A DNA stretch of 63,902 nt from Steroidobacteraceae bacterium. GTDB lineage: Bacteria > Pseudomonadota > Gammaproteobacteria > Steroidobacterales > Steroidobacteraceae. Below are positions 1-8,020 of the stretch, in pieces. The translations under genes and the position numbers were made by a program. Every line of letters begins with the position of its first letter. Position 1 is the first letter of the stretch. The stretch spans positions 1-63,902 of the forward strand of contig DATBVX010000125.1 in the NCBI GenBank assembly GCA_036515135.1, given 5' to 3'. The notes under the pieces are model-generated. The model had not been told where the DNA came from. It saw nothing but the letters and a program-made list of their open reading frames with translations, and ran no database searches.

Positions 1-201
1 CAGGTTCGCGTGCAGGAAGCCGTAGGTGAGGAGTTGCCAGGGCTCGAAGCCGACCTGTCCCGGCAACCCGGCCACGGCAAAGCTGCCCGCGGGCCACAGC
101 GCGAAAGCCGCCGTCATTCCGGGCGCGAAGACCGCTACGGCCAGGAATATCGCGGTATTGGCGAGGATCAGGAGCCGGATCAGCGGGGGCACGGAGAACA
201 T
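1..201 (-). CDS. Rhomboid-family intramembrane serine protease, N-terminal part (gene runs off the left edge)
   Basis: Reverse-strand ATG at 201..199. Translation is MFSVPPLIRLLILANTAIFLAVAVFAPG...GFEPWQLLTYGFLHANL, i.e. TM1 plus the rhomboid 'W-x-L-x-T-x-x-F-L-H' region. Reading frame is open to base 1. It is absent from the ORF track because it is edge-truncated. Confidence 0.55.
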   Translation of the reverse strand, partial: MFSVPPLIRLLILANTAIFLAVAVFAPGMTAAFALWPAGSFAVAGLPGQVGFEPWQLLTYGFLHANL

Positions 202-396
202 GGCGGCGATAGGGTAATCATGGGGAGCTAGGCTACACCGGCCCAAGCAGGCGGATCGCGTCTCTCACGCGGACAAGAAAGTCCCGGCCAAGCAAGCAGA
301 GTCCGAACCCAAGCACACAGGCCGAAGCGTTTTACTCAGGTCGCACGCGCGTGCATCATGGGAGCCATTAGAACCAGTGGCTTCACTTAAGCCCCT

Positions 397-2052
397 ATGT
401 ACACTGGATTTTTTGGGCTGCACGAGAAGCCCTTCGCGATCACGCCGGACCCCCGCTACCTGTTCTTGAGCGAGCGGCACGCGGAGGCGCTCGCCCACCT
501 GCTTTACGGTATCAGCGAGGCAGGCGGCTTCGTGCAGCTGACCGGCGAGGTCGGCACAGGCAAGACCACGATCGTGCGCTGCCTGCTGGGGCAGATCCCG
601 AAGGACGCCGAGGTCGCGCTGATCCTGAATTCCCGCATCACGCCGGCCGAGTTCCTGCTCACGATCTGCGAGGAACTCGCACTCACGGTGCGCGATTCCG
701 ACCGCAGCAGCGTCAAGGAGCTGGTCGATACGCTCAATCGGCATTTGCTCCAGACGCATGCGCGTGGCCGGCGCGCGATCGTGATCGTCGATGAAGCGCA
801 AAACCTAAGCGCGGATGTGCTCGAACAGGTGCGGCTGCTCACAAATCTCGAGACCCCGACGCAGAAGCTTCTGCAGATCATCCTCATCGGGCAGCCGGAG
901 TTGCGCGAATTGCTCCAACGCATCGAGCTGCGCCAGCTCGCGCAGCGCATCACCGGCCGTTATCACCTGGCGCCGTTGATGCGGGCGGAAACCGGCGGCT
1001 ACGTACGCCATCGTCTGGGCGTGGCCGGCGCAACTTCCAAGCTCTTCACGCCCAGGGCACTCGCCGAAGTTCACCGGCTGTCACGCGGGATTCCGCGCGT
1101 CATCAACGTGATCTGCGATCGTGCCTTGCTCGGCGCCTACACTCAGGAAGAACATCGCGTGACGGCGAAGCTCGTGCGGCAGGCCGCGAGCGAGGTCTAC
1201 GGCCGCCCCATCATGCCGCTTTGGGCCCGCTGGGTCGCAACCGGTTCGATCGCGGCGGGCGTCGCGCTCCTGCTGTTCGGCGGATGGCAGTTCCTCGATC
1301 GGAACGGCACGTCGACCAATCCCGAAGCCACACCGGCTCAGGTCGCTTCCACTCCGGCGGCAGCGACGCCAGCGCCCGCAGTCAACGCGCCAACCGCGAG
1401 CGCCGCCCCTGCGCCGCCAGCGGTTGCACAGTTGTTGCGTGCGCATGCCAACGAGACCGATCCCGATACCGCGTTCACGCGCCTTTTCTCGTTGTGGGGC
1501 GCGAATTACCGCGCCAACGACTCGGCCGTCTGTGCACAGGCGGCGCAGCAAGGACTCGAGTGTATCGCGCAGCGCGGCTCATGGGGTCAGCTTCGCGCGC
1601 TCAACCGCCCCGCGATCCTGATGCTGACCGATGACACGGGTTTCGGGCATCAAGTGGTGCTATCGGAACTCGACGACGAACGCGCGGCCGTCGAGATCGG
1701 CGGTCACCGTCAGCCAGTCGGTGTCGCTGATGTCTCGAAGTACTGGTACGGCGATTTCCTGGTGTTGTGGCGCCCGCAGGTCCCCGGTGCGCGGCGGCTG
1801 TCAGCGGGCATGCGCGGCGATGAAGTCAGGTGGCTGCGGCACAGTCTCGAGAGGGTGCGCGGCGTCGCGCCGACCGAAGGAACAGCGGATGTATTCGACG
1901 ATCAGCTCGAGCGGCTGGTCGAGGACTTCCAGCGCGAGCATCGGCTCAATGTCGACGGCATCGCCGGCGTGCAGACCCAGATCGCGCTCGACACCGCGTT
2001 GCGCGATCCTCGGACACCGTTCCTCCAGGCGGCCGCGGCACCGGGCGGTTGA
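397..2052 (+). CDS. ExeA/GspA-like AAA ATPase with C-terminal peptidoglycan-binding domain
   Basis: N-terminus FFGLHEKPFAITPDPRYLF and Walker A GEVGTGKTT are typical of ExeA/GspA. A central TM segment is followed by an Ala/Pro linker and a C-terminal PG-binding repeat (LNVDGIAGVQTQIALD). Confidence 0.85.
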   Translation: MYTGFFGLHEKPFAITPDPRYLFLSERHAEALAHLLYGISEAGGFVQLTGEVGTGKTTIVRCLLGQIPKDAEVALILNSRITPAEFLLTICEELALTVRDSDRSSVKELVDTLNRHLLQTHARGRRAIVIVDEAQNLSADVLEQVRLLTNLETPTQKLLQIILIGQPELRELLQRIELRQLAQRITGRYHLAPLMRAETGGYVRHRLGVAGATSKLFTPRALAEVHRLSRGIPRVINVICDRALLGAYTQEEHRVTAKLVRQAASEVYGRPIMPLWARWVATGSIAAGVALLLFGGWQFLDRNGTSTNPEATPAQVASTPAAATPAPAVNAPTASAAPAPPAVAQLLRAHANETDPDTAFTRLFSLWGANYRANDSAVCAQAAQQGLECIAQRGSWGQLRALNRPAILMLTDDTGFGHQVVLSELDDERAAVEIGGHRQPVGVADVSKYWYGDFLVLWRPQVPGARRLSAGMRGDEVRWLRHSLERVRGVAPTEGTADVFDDQLERLVEDFQREHRLNVDGIAGVQTQIALDTALRDPRTPFLQAAAAPGG

Positions 2053-2055
2053 GTC

Positions 2056-2793
2056 ATGTCTTTCATCCTCGACGCGCTGCGCAAGTCGGAGAACCAGCGG
2101 CACCACCAGGCGGGCCCGGGTCTCGCGGAACTGCGACCGGCGATGGCACGGCCAACGTTACCGGCCTGGGCGATCGCGCTGGCCGCGCTCCTCGCCATCA
2201 ATCTGGTCGTCCTCGCTGTGCTGATGCTGAGAGACGGCGACTCCAGTCCGCCCGCCGCCGCTACAGCTTCGGTGCAGCAACTTCCCTCGCCTTCAACGAG
2301 CACAGCGCCGCTGCCGGCCGATCCGGCCACGTCAGGCACAACGACTCTGCCTTATCCGGACGCACCGGAACGCGCATTGAGTTCGCCGGCGCCAAGCGCA
2401 TACACGGCCACGGAGTCCGCGCCAACGCCATCAGACTCGTTCGCGAACGCTCAAGACGAGGTCGAGCCGGATGCGGAGTTCATGGCGGAAGAACCGGTTG
2501 ACGCGGGGCCCGAGCTGCAACCGCCGCTGCGCGGGAGTTCCGCGAATGAGGATGAGAACGCGGCACGGCTTCCGACCATCGGCGACGTGGCGCTGCAGGG
2601 AGCGACGGTGCCGGAGCTGCACCTCGACATCCACGTGTATGCCACCCAACCGGCGGAACGTTTCATCTTCATCAACAACCGCAAGTATCGCGAGGGCAGC
2701 GAGACGCCCGAAGGCACCCGCATCGAGCGCATCACGCGCGACGGCGTCGTTCTCAACCATCGCGGCGTTCGATTCCTGCTTCCGCGCCAGTGA
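2056..2793 (+). CDS. GspB/ExeB-like general secretion pathway accessory protein
   Basis: Starts 3 nt after the previous stop. MSFILDALRKSENQR is the GspB-type N-terminal signature. It has a single TM and a Pro/Ser/Ala-rich periplasmic part. Confidence 0.7.
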   Translation: MSFILDALRKSENQRHHQAGPGLAELRPAMARPTLPAWAIALAALLAINLVVLAVLMLRDGDSSPPAAATASVQQLPSPSTSTAPLPADPATSGTTTLPYPDAPERALSSPAPSAYTATESAPTPSDSFANAQDEVEPDAEFMAEEPVDAGPELQPPLRGSSANEDENAARLPTIGDVALQGATVPELHLDIHVYATQPAERFIFINNRKYREGSETPEGTRIERITRDGVVLNHRGVRFLLPRQ

Positions 2794-4652
2794 ACGCCGC
2801 GGTTGCGGAAGTTGCCCAGCTTGACGGCCGGCGCCTCGCACTCGCGCTTCGATCCGGGATCCGCCGCCTGCTCGAGAACCAGGAATACATCAACAAGATC
2901 AATGTCTTTCCGGTGCCCGACGGCGACACGGGCACGAATCTCGCGCTCACTCTCGGCGCCGTGGCGAATGTGCTCCGGCAACGCGACGAGCCGCATGTCG
3001 GCAACCTGCTCACGCGCATCGCCGACGCGGCTATCGATGGCGCACGCGGAAACAGTGGTGCGATCCTGGCGCAGTTTTTCGTAGGTCTAAGCGACGGCGT
3101 GAGCCTGCTGCGCGAGCTCACCCCACACGACTTCGCCGCCGGGGTTACCGGTGGCGCGCGTTATGCGCGTGAAGCGTTGAGCGACCCGCGCGAGGGAACC
3201 CTGATCACGGTACTGGCCGATTTCGCCACCGAAGTCGCCTCGCTCGCCAGTTCCGGCGCGATCCGCGATTTCGGCTCGCTGTTCAAGCGCGCCCTGCCGC
3301 GGACGCGCGCGTCGCTCGACAACACGCGCAACCAGCTCGAGGTCTTGCGCAAGGCCAACGTGGTCGATGCTGGCGCGCAAGGCTTCGTCGAGCTGGTGGA
3401 GGGAATGGCGGACCATTTCGAGCGTGGCGAGTCAGCGGATGACGAACTGCCGCTCGCGATCCGCCATATCGAAGAGGAAGCTGCAGGTGTCGAGATCGAT
3501 CTTAAGGATCGCTTCTGCACCGAGTGCATCGTCAACGGCGAAAGAATCGATCGGCGGAAGCTCCGCGAGCGGCTGGCGGCGCTCGGCAGCGGCGTCGTGG
3601 TCGCCGGCACCGAACGCAAGGCCAAGGTGCACGTGCACGTCAACGACCCGTCGACGGTGTTCCGGCTGGCAACGGAGTTCGGCGTCGTCTCGGCGCAGAA
3701 GGCCGACGACATGCAGCGCCAGCAGGACGCGGCCCATCACCGGCATCGGCGCGGCGTGGCGGTGGTCGTGGATTCCGCGGCGGACATCCCGGACGAGGAG
3801 CTCGAGCGCCTCGAGATCCACGTGATCCCGATGCGCGTGCATTTTGGCGAGCGCAGCTACCTCGACAAGGTCACGCTCGGTCCCGAGCAGTTCTATCGCG
3901 AGCTGGCCACGAGTCGTGTACACCCGAAGACGTCGCAGCCACCGCCGGGCGACTTTCGCCGCATCTACGAGTTTCTCGCCTCGCACTACGACACCGTCGT
4001 GTCGATCAGCCTCACCGCGCGCGTCAGCGGCACCCGCGCAGCCGCGGAATCCGCCGCGCAACGCATCCAGGGGTACGGCAAGGTGATGGTCATCGACAGC
4101 CTCAACGCCTCGGTCGGACAGGGGCTCGTCGCCACCTATGCCGCGGAGTGTGCGCAGGCGGGTATGAGCGGGGAGGCCGTGATCGCGGCGACCCGTGCGG
4201 TATTGCCGCGCACACATACGTTCGGCCTGCTGGGCCGGCTCGATTTCGCGGTGCGTGGCGGTCGCGTTCCCAGGATCGTCAAGCTGATCGCGGACTGGCT
4301 GCACCTCACACCGATCCTGATCAACCAGAAGAATGGTCGTATCGGGGCGGGCGAGGTGATCCTTGGCCGCAGCAATCTGCGCACGCGGTTTGCGAACCTG
4401 GTGCGTCGTTCAATCAAACCAGGTGTCCGCTATCGCGTCGCCGTGGGTCATGCCAATGCCGATAAGGAGGGTCGGCGATTGCTGGAGGAAATCTGCGCCG
4501 GTCTCGACAACATCCACGCGCGCTATCTCATGCCGCTGGGCACCGCGCTCGGCGTGCACGGCGGACCCGGAATGCTGGTCGTGGGAATACAGGAATACGA
4601 GCCACCCTCACCCCAACCCTCTCCCGCACGCGGGAGAGGGGGGAAGAACTGA
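2790..4652 (+). CDS. DAK2/DhaL-domain - DegV-domain fusion protein
   Basis: GTG 2790 overlaps the upstream stop (GTGA). It carries the DhaL motif PVPDGDTGTNL and a C-terminal DegV-like region (VAVVVDSAADIPDEELERLEIHVIPMRVHF...). The last ~16 codons (PPSPQPSPARGRGGKN) are read through a REP hairpin. Confidence 0.8.
   Translation: MNAAVAEVAQLDGRRLALALRSGIRRLLENQEYINKINVFPVPDGDTGTNLALTLGAVANVLRQRDEPHVGNLLTRIADAAIDGARGNSGAILAQFFVGLSDGVSLLRELTPHDFAAGVTGGARYAREALSDPREGTLITVLADFATEVASLASSGAIRDFGSLFKRALPRTRASLDNTRNQLEVLRKANVVDAGAQGFVELVEGMADHFERGESADDELPLAIRHIEEEAAGVEIDLKDRFCTECIVNGERIDRRKLRERLAALGSGVVVAGTERKAKVHVHVNDPSTVFRLATEFGVVSAQKADDMQRQQDAAHHRHRRGVAVVVDSAADIPDEELERLEIHVIPMRVHFGERSYLDKVTLGPEQFYRELATSRVHPKTSQPPPGDFRRIYEFLASHYDTVVSISLTARVSGTRAAAESAAQRIQGYGKVMVIDSLNASVGQGLVATYAAECAQAGMSGEAVIAATRAVLPRTHTFGLLGRLDFAVRGGRVPRIVKLIADWLHLTPILINQKNGRIGAGEVILGRSNLRTRFANLVRRSIKPGVRYRVAVGHANADKEGRRLLEEICAGLDNIHARYLMPLGTALGVHGGPGMLVVGIQEYEPPSPQPSPARGRGGKN
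4605..4643. repeat. REP-like unit: CCCTCACCCCAAC + 10-bp hairpin CCCTCTCCCG/CGGGAGAGGG
   Basis: Stem 4617-4626 pairs with 4631-4640 (loop CACG). The same module recurs at 45236-45313 and, inverted, at 61672-61716. Confidence 0.85.
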
Positions 4653-4662
4653 GAGTCATGCC

Positions 4663-5787
4663 ATGAAACTCGAAACGCTAGCGGTGCACGCCGGCCGGCA
4701 CGTTGATGCAGCGACCGGAGCCGTCGCCGCGCCGATCCAGATGAGCACCACCTTCGAGCGCGACGCCGACGGCGGTTATGCGCGATCGTTCTCCTACGCG
4801 CGCCCCGACAATCCCACGCGACGCGCGCTCGAAGACTGCCTCGCGGCGCTCGAGGGCGGCGCGGATGCGGTGTGTTTTGCCTCGGGATCGGCGGCCTCGA
4901 TGGCAGTGTTCAGCCTGCTCAAGCCCGGCGATCACGTGATCGCGCCGCGCGAGTGCTATCACGGCACCCGCCAGCAGTTGCGCGACGTCGTGAAAACGTG
5001 GGGCGTGCACCTGGACTTCGTGGATCCCAGCCGACTGGAGGAGGTCGACGCGCATCTGAAGCCCGCCACGCGGCTGATCTGGATCGAAACGCCGTGCAAC
5101 CCGACGCTCGGCATCACCGACATCGCGGCCGTCGCGGCACGTGCACGCCGGCACGGTGCGCTGCTCGCCTGCGACAACACGTTTGCCACCCCGATCGTGC
5201 AACGACCGCTCGCGCTCGGCGCCGATTTCGCCATGCACAGTTCGACCAAGTACTTTGGCGGGCACAGCGACGTCATGGGTGGCGCCGTGGTGGCGCGTGA
5301 ACGCTCGCTACTCGCGGATCAGATCAGGAGCTACCAGGCGATCGGTGGCGGTGTGCCCTCACCCTTCGATTGCTGGTTGATCCGGCGCAGTCTCGCGACG
5401 CTGCCGCTTCGCGTGGGGGCGCAATGCGCAAACGCGCTCAAGATCGCTCATTACCTTCACCGACACCCGCGCGTTGAGCGCGTCTATTACCCAGGACTCG
5501 ACGATGATCCCGGGCACGCCGTCGCGGCGAGGCAGATGCGTGGATTTGGCGCGATCGTGTCAGTTGGCGTACGAGGGGGAGCCGCAGAAGCGCTCGCGGT
5601 CGCGGCTCGCACGCAGCTGTTCATCCGTGCCACGAGCCTGGGCGGGGTTGAGAGCCTGATCGAGCACCGGGCCTCGGTTGAAGGCCCCGATACGCTGACA
5701 CCCCAGAACCTGCTGCGCCTCTCGGTCGGGATTGAAGATGCTTCAGATCTCATTGCGGATCTGGAGCAGGCGTTGCGTCCGGCGTAG
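4663..5787 (+). CDS. Trans-sulfuration PLP enzyme (cystathionine gamma-synthase / beta-lyase family)
   Basis: Start chosen at MKLETLAVHAGR (ATG 4663, in frame with the longer track ORF that begins inside the upstream gene). Cys/Met-metabolism PLP family; PLP-lysine motif HSSTKYFGGHSDVMGG. Confidence 0.85.
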   Translation: MKLETLAVHAGRHVDAATGAVAAPIQMSTTFERDADGGYARSFSYARPDNPTRRALEDCLAALEGGADAVCFASGSAASMAVFSLLKPGDHVIAPRECYHGTRQQLRDVVKTWGVHLDFVDPSRLEEVDAHLKPATRLIWIETPCNPTLGITDIAAVAARARRHGALLACDNTFATPIVQRPLALGADFAMHSSTKYFGGHSDVMGGAVVARERSLLADQIRSYQAIGGGVPSPFDCWLIRRSLATLPLRVGAQCANALKIAHYLHRHPRVERVYYPGLDDDPGHAVAARQMRGFGAIVSVGVRGGAAEALAVAARTQLFIRATSLGGVESLIEHRASVEGPDTLTPQNLLRLSVGIEDASDLIADLEQALRPA

Positions 5788-6184
5788 GCGCCAACGCGGT
5801 GCTCGTTTCAAGCGGCCGGTTTTGCGCCTGCCAGGCCAGGATGTCGCCCTCGAGATGCCAGAGCCGCTCGAATCCGTTGGCGCTGAGCACCTCGAGCGCG
5901 AGGTTCGAGCGCCGGCCCGAACGGCAATACACCACCACGTCCTTCGACTTGTAGGTCGCAAGCTCGGGCAGACGCGCTGCGACCTGATCGTGCGCCACGT
6001 TGACCGCGCCGGGAACGTGGCCCGCGGCAAACTCTTCGGGCGTACGCACGTCCAGAATCACGAGATTGGCGTCTTTCTGCGCCAGGCGAGCGAGCAGGGC
6101 CTCCTGGCCGATCAGACCGATCTCCCCTGCGATCAACGGCGTGGCAATGAGCGCGCCCATCAGAATAATCAGCACGCGGCGCAT
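5750..6184 (-). CDS. Periplasmic single-domain rhodanese (sulfurtransferase)
   Basis: ATG 6184 is preceded by GGAGGA. Signal peptide MRRVLIILMGALIATPLIAG and active-site loop CRSGRRS. The 3' end overlaps the convergent metB-like gene by 38 nt. Confidence 0.8.
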   Translation of the reverse strand: MRRVLIILMGALIATPLIAGEIGLIGQEALLARLAQKDANLVILDVRTPEEFAAGHVPGAVNVAHDQVAARLPELATYKSKDVVVYCRSGRRSNLALEVLSANGFERLWHLEGDILAWQAQNRPLETSTALAPTPDATPAPDPQ

Positions 6185-6224
6185 CGTGAGTCCTCCGGCA
6201 TTCAATCGGCGGTCGATTCGGCCT

Positions 6225-6429
6225 TCATTCCTTGAGGATGAAAGTCACCTTGAGTCGCACCCGATACTCGGTGATCCGACCCTTCTCAACCATGGCCTCC
6301 TGGCTCGCGACCCCAGGCCGCGGTAACGCCCTTGAGCGTCTTGGAGGCGCGCTCGACTCCGGAGGTAACGGCATCGTCGAAGCTCTTCGACGATGAGGCA
6401 ATGACCTCTGTGACTCGTGCGACGGACAT
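6225..6429 (-). pseudogene. Dodecin-family gene interrupted by a 1-nt frameshift
   Basis: ATG 6429 with SD GGGAGG encodes MSVARVTEVIASSSKSFDDAVTSGVERASKTLKGVTAAW. The rest of the dodecin fold (VASQEAMVEKGRITEYRVRLKVTFILKE*) continues in another frame. The switch occurs at the G4 run (C4 on + strand, 6311-6314). The span is 205 nt, which is 3n+1. Confidence 0.7.
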
Positions 6430-6515
6430 GCGTTCCTCCCTGCCCCCGGGCAGCTGGAATTCGGTAATTGAGGACCATGCAAGCCTACTGCTGTTCCCGG
6501 CCGGGAGCCATTTCC

Positions 6516-6866
6516 TTAGTCGCAAAGCCGCGGCGTGAGCAGAAAGTACCGGTCGCGGCGGACGAATCCGCGGCGTTCGTAGTACCGCTGCGCGTCGGCG
6601 TTGTCGCGTCGCACTTCGAGATGCAAGGCAACCACGCCCTCGGCACGCGCCGCTTCCCCGGCAGCCTCGAGAGCGCGAGTTCCCACCCCGCGCCCGCGGA
6701 AGGGCTCGTGGATGAACCATACGCGTCCGAGGCTCCGGTTTCCGAGCAGAGCGAGCATCGCGCGCCTGGAGTCGAACTCAAGTCGATCGAACTCGCTGTA
6801 TTCCTGCATGAGCGGTAACAGGTGATCGATATCCTCGGGGAGCGCGCGATGGAGAACGTTACCCAT
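6516..6866 (-). CDS. GNAT-family acetyltransferase, abnormally short (probable in-frame internal deletion)
   Basis: It has the N-terminal helix (EDIDHLLPLMQEYSEFDRLEFD), then motif A RGRGVGTRALE and the C-terminal NADAQRYYERRGF. Only ~6 residues (GRVWFIHEP) lie where the central beta-strands normally sit. Confidence 0.6.
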   Translation of the reverse strand: MGNVLHRALPEDIDHLLPLMQEYSEFDRLEFDSRRAMLALLGNRSLGRVWFIHEPFRGRGVGTRALEAAGEAARAEGVVALHLEVRRDNADAQRYYERRGFVRRDRYFLLTPRLCD

Positions 6867-6913
6867 GGCAGCGGGAGTTTACAGCCCGGTCTTAGAATCT
6901 ATAGATTGGCGCG

Positions 6914-7546
6914 ATGTTGCGTACTTGGGCATTCGCGGGCGCCGGTGTGCTGATCGCCCTGGGTGCGTGCGAGCCCTCTCAGGCACCCGATACCCCGTTG
7001 CCCGCGGCGGGGACGTCTCTCACACTCGCGCAGCTACGCAGCGCCGAGTACCGCTCGCAGTGGCCGGCGACGGGCCTCGCACGCCTCGTGAATGGCCTGT
7101 ATCGCGAGCGGGCCGCCCCCGGCTCGGCCACCGAGATCCTGGTCCGAGCCACCGATTGGTATGCCTTCGGTGATCTCGACGCCGATGGCCTACCCGATGC
7201 GGTCATCGTCCTGGAGGCTGATCCTGGCGGCAGCGGTGTGTTCTTCGACCTCGTGCCAGTGCTCAATCGTGGCGGCCAGGCCATGCCGCTGACACCCACT
7301 TTGCTCGGCGATCGCGTGGAGATCGAGTTCGTCGAGATCTCGAGCGACGGCAGCGTGAGCGTGCAGATGATCAAGCACGGGCCCGACGACCCGCAGTGCT
7401 GCCCCACCCTCGATGTCATTCAGCGCTATCGGCTCAAGGGCGAGCAGCTCATCGAGGAGAATCAGGAGCCCAGCCGCTTGAGCGCTTCGCCACTCACGCG
7501 AAAAGTGGTCCATTCCTTGACCCCGACGGCGCCCACCTTCTCGTAG
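6914..7546 (+). CDS. Hypothetical lipoprotein
   Basis: Lipobox VLIALGAC at the N-terminus. No recognisable domain. The 3' end overlaps the convergent GNAT gene by 85 nt. Confidence 0.5.
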   Translation: MLRTWAFAGAGVLIALGACEPSQAPDTPLPAAGTSLTLAQLRSAEYRSQWPATGLARLVNGLYRERAAPGSATEILVRATDWYAFGDLDADGLPDAVIVLEADPGGSGVFFDLVPVLNRGGQAMPLTPTLLGDRVEIEFVEISSDGSVSVQMIKHGPDDPQCCPTLDVIQRYRLKGEQLIEENQEPSRLSASPLTRKVVHSLTPTAPTFS

Positions 7547-7941
7547 AAATCGATCGCGCGCCGGTTCCAGTCGAGTGCGGCCCATTCCATCCGGCCGCAA
7601 CCGTGTTTCACCGCGATGCGCGCCAGGTGACGCAGCAAAGACTCGCCGATGCCGTGGCCGCGGTGTTCGAGGCGGACGTACAGGTCTTCAAGGTAGAGCC
7701 CCGGGCGGGCGAGAAAGGTCGAGAAGTTGAAGAAGTAGAGCGCGAATCCAACCGTCTGATTCTCGACCTGCGCCAGAACACACTCGACCACGGGCCGTGG
7801 ACCAAAGAGCGCCTCCCGCACCAGCGCCTCCGTAGCCACGACCTCGTGCAGGAGTTTCTCGTATTCGGCCAGCTCGCGGATGAGTCCCAGGATGGTGGGG
7901 ACGTCGGCGGGCGTGGCCGGCACGATGTGGATCGACGTCAC
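7462..7941 (-). CDS. GNAT-family N-acetyltransferase (diamine/spermidine acetyltransferase-like)
   Basis: GTG 7941 is preceded by GAGAGGA. Complete GNAT core: LEDLYVRLEHRGHGIGESLLRHLARIAV...NRRAIDFYEKVGA. The upstream extension of the track ORF looks non-coding. Confidence 0.8.
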   Translation of the reverse strand: MTSIHIVPATPADVPTILGLIRELAEYEKLLHEVVATEALVREALFGPRPVVECVLAQVENQTVGFALYFFNFSTFLARPGLYLEDLYVRLEHRGHGIGESLLRHLARIAVKHGCGRMEWAALDWNRRAIDFYEKVGAVGVKEWTTFRVSGEALKRLGS

Positions 7942-8020
7942 AGCAGTGTCCTCTCGACGAATTACGCTAACATTGGCGCTCGCGCGGGTGGGAGACGCGC
8001 GGCCCCGTAGTGTGCGCTCG

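Noticed and set aside
10-231. Two overlapping plus-strand ORFs at the left edge (73 and 63 aa).
   Set aside because: Their products are Arg/Gly/Glu-rich with no motif. The opposite strand encodes a convincing rhomboid N-terminus with a proper ATG at 201.
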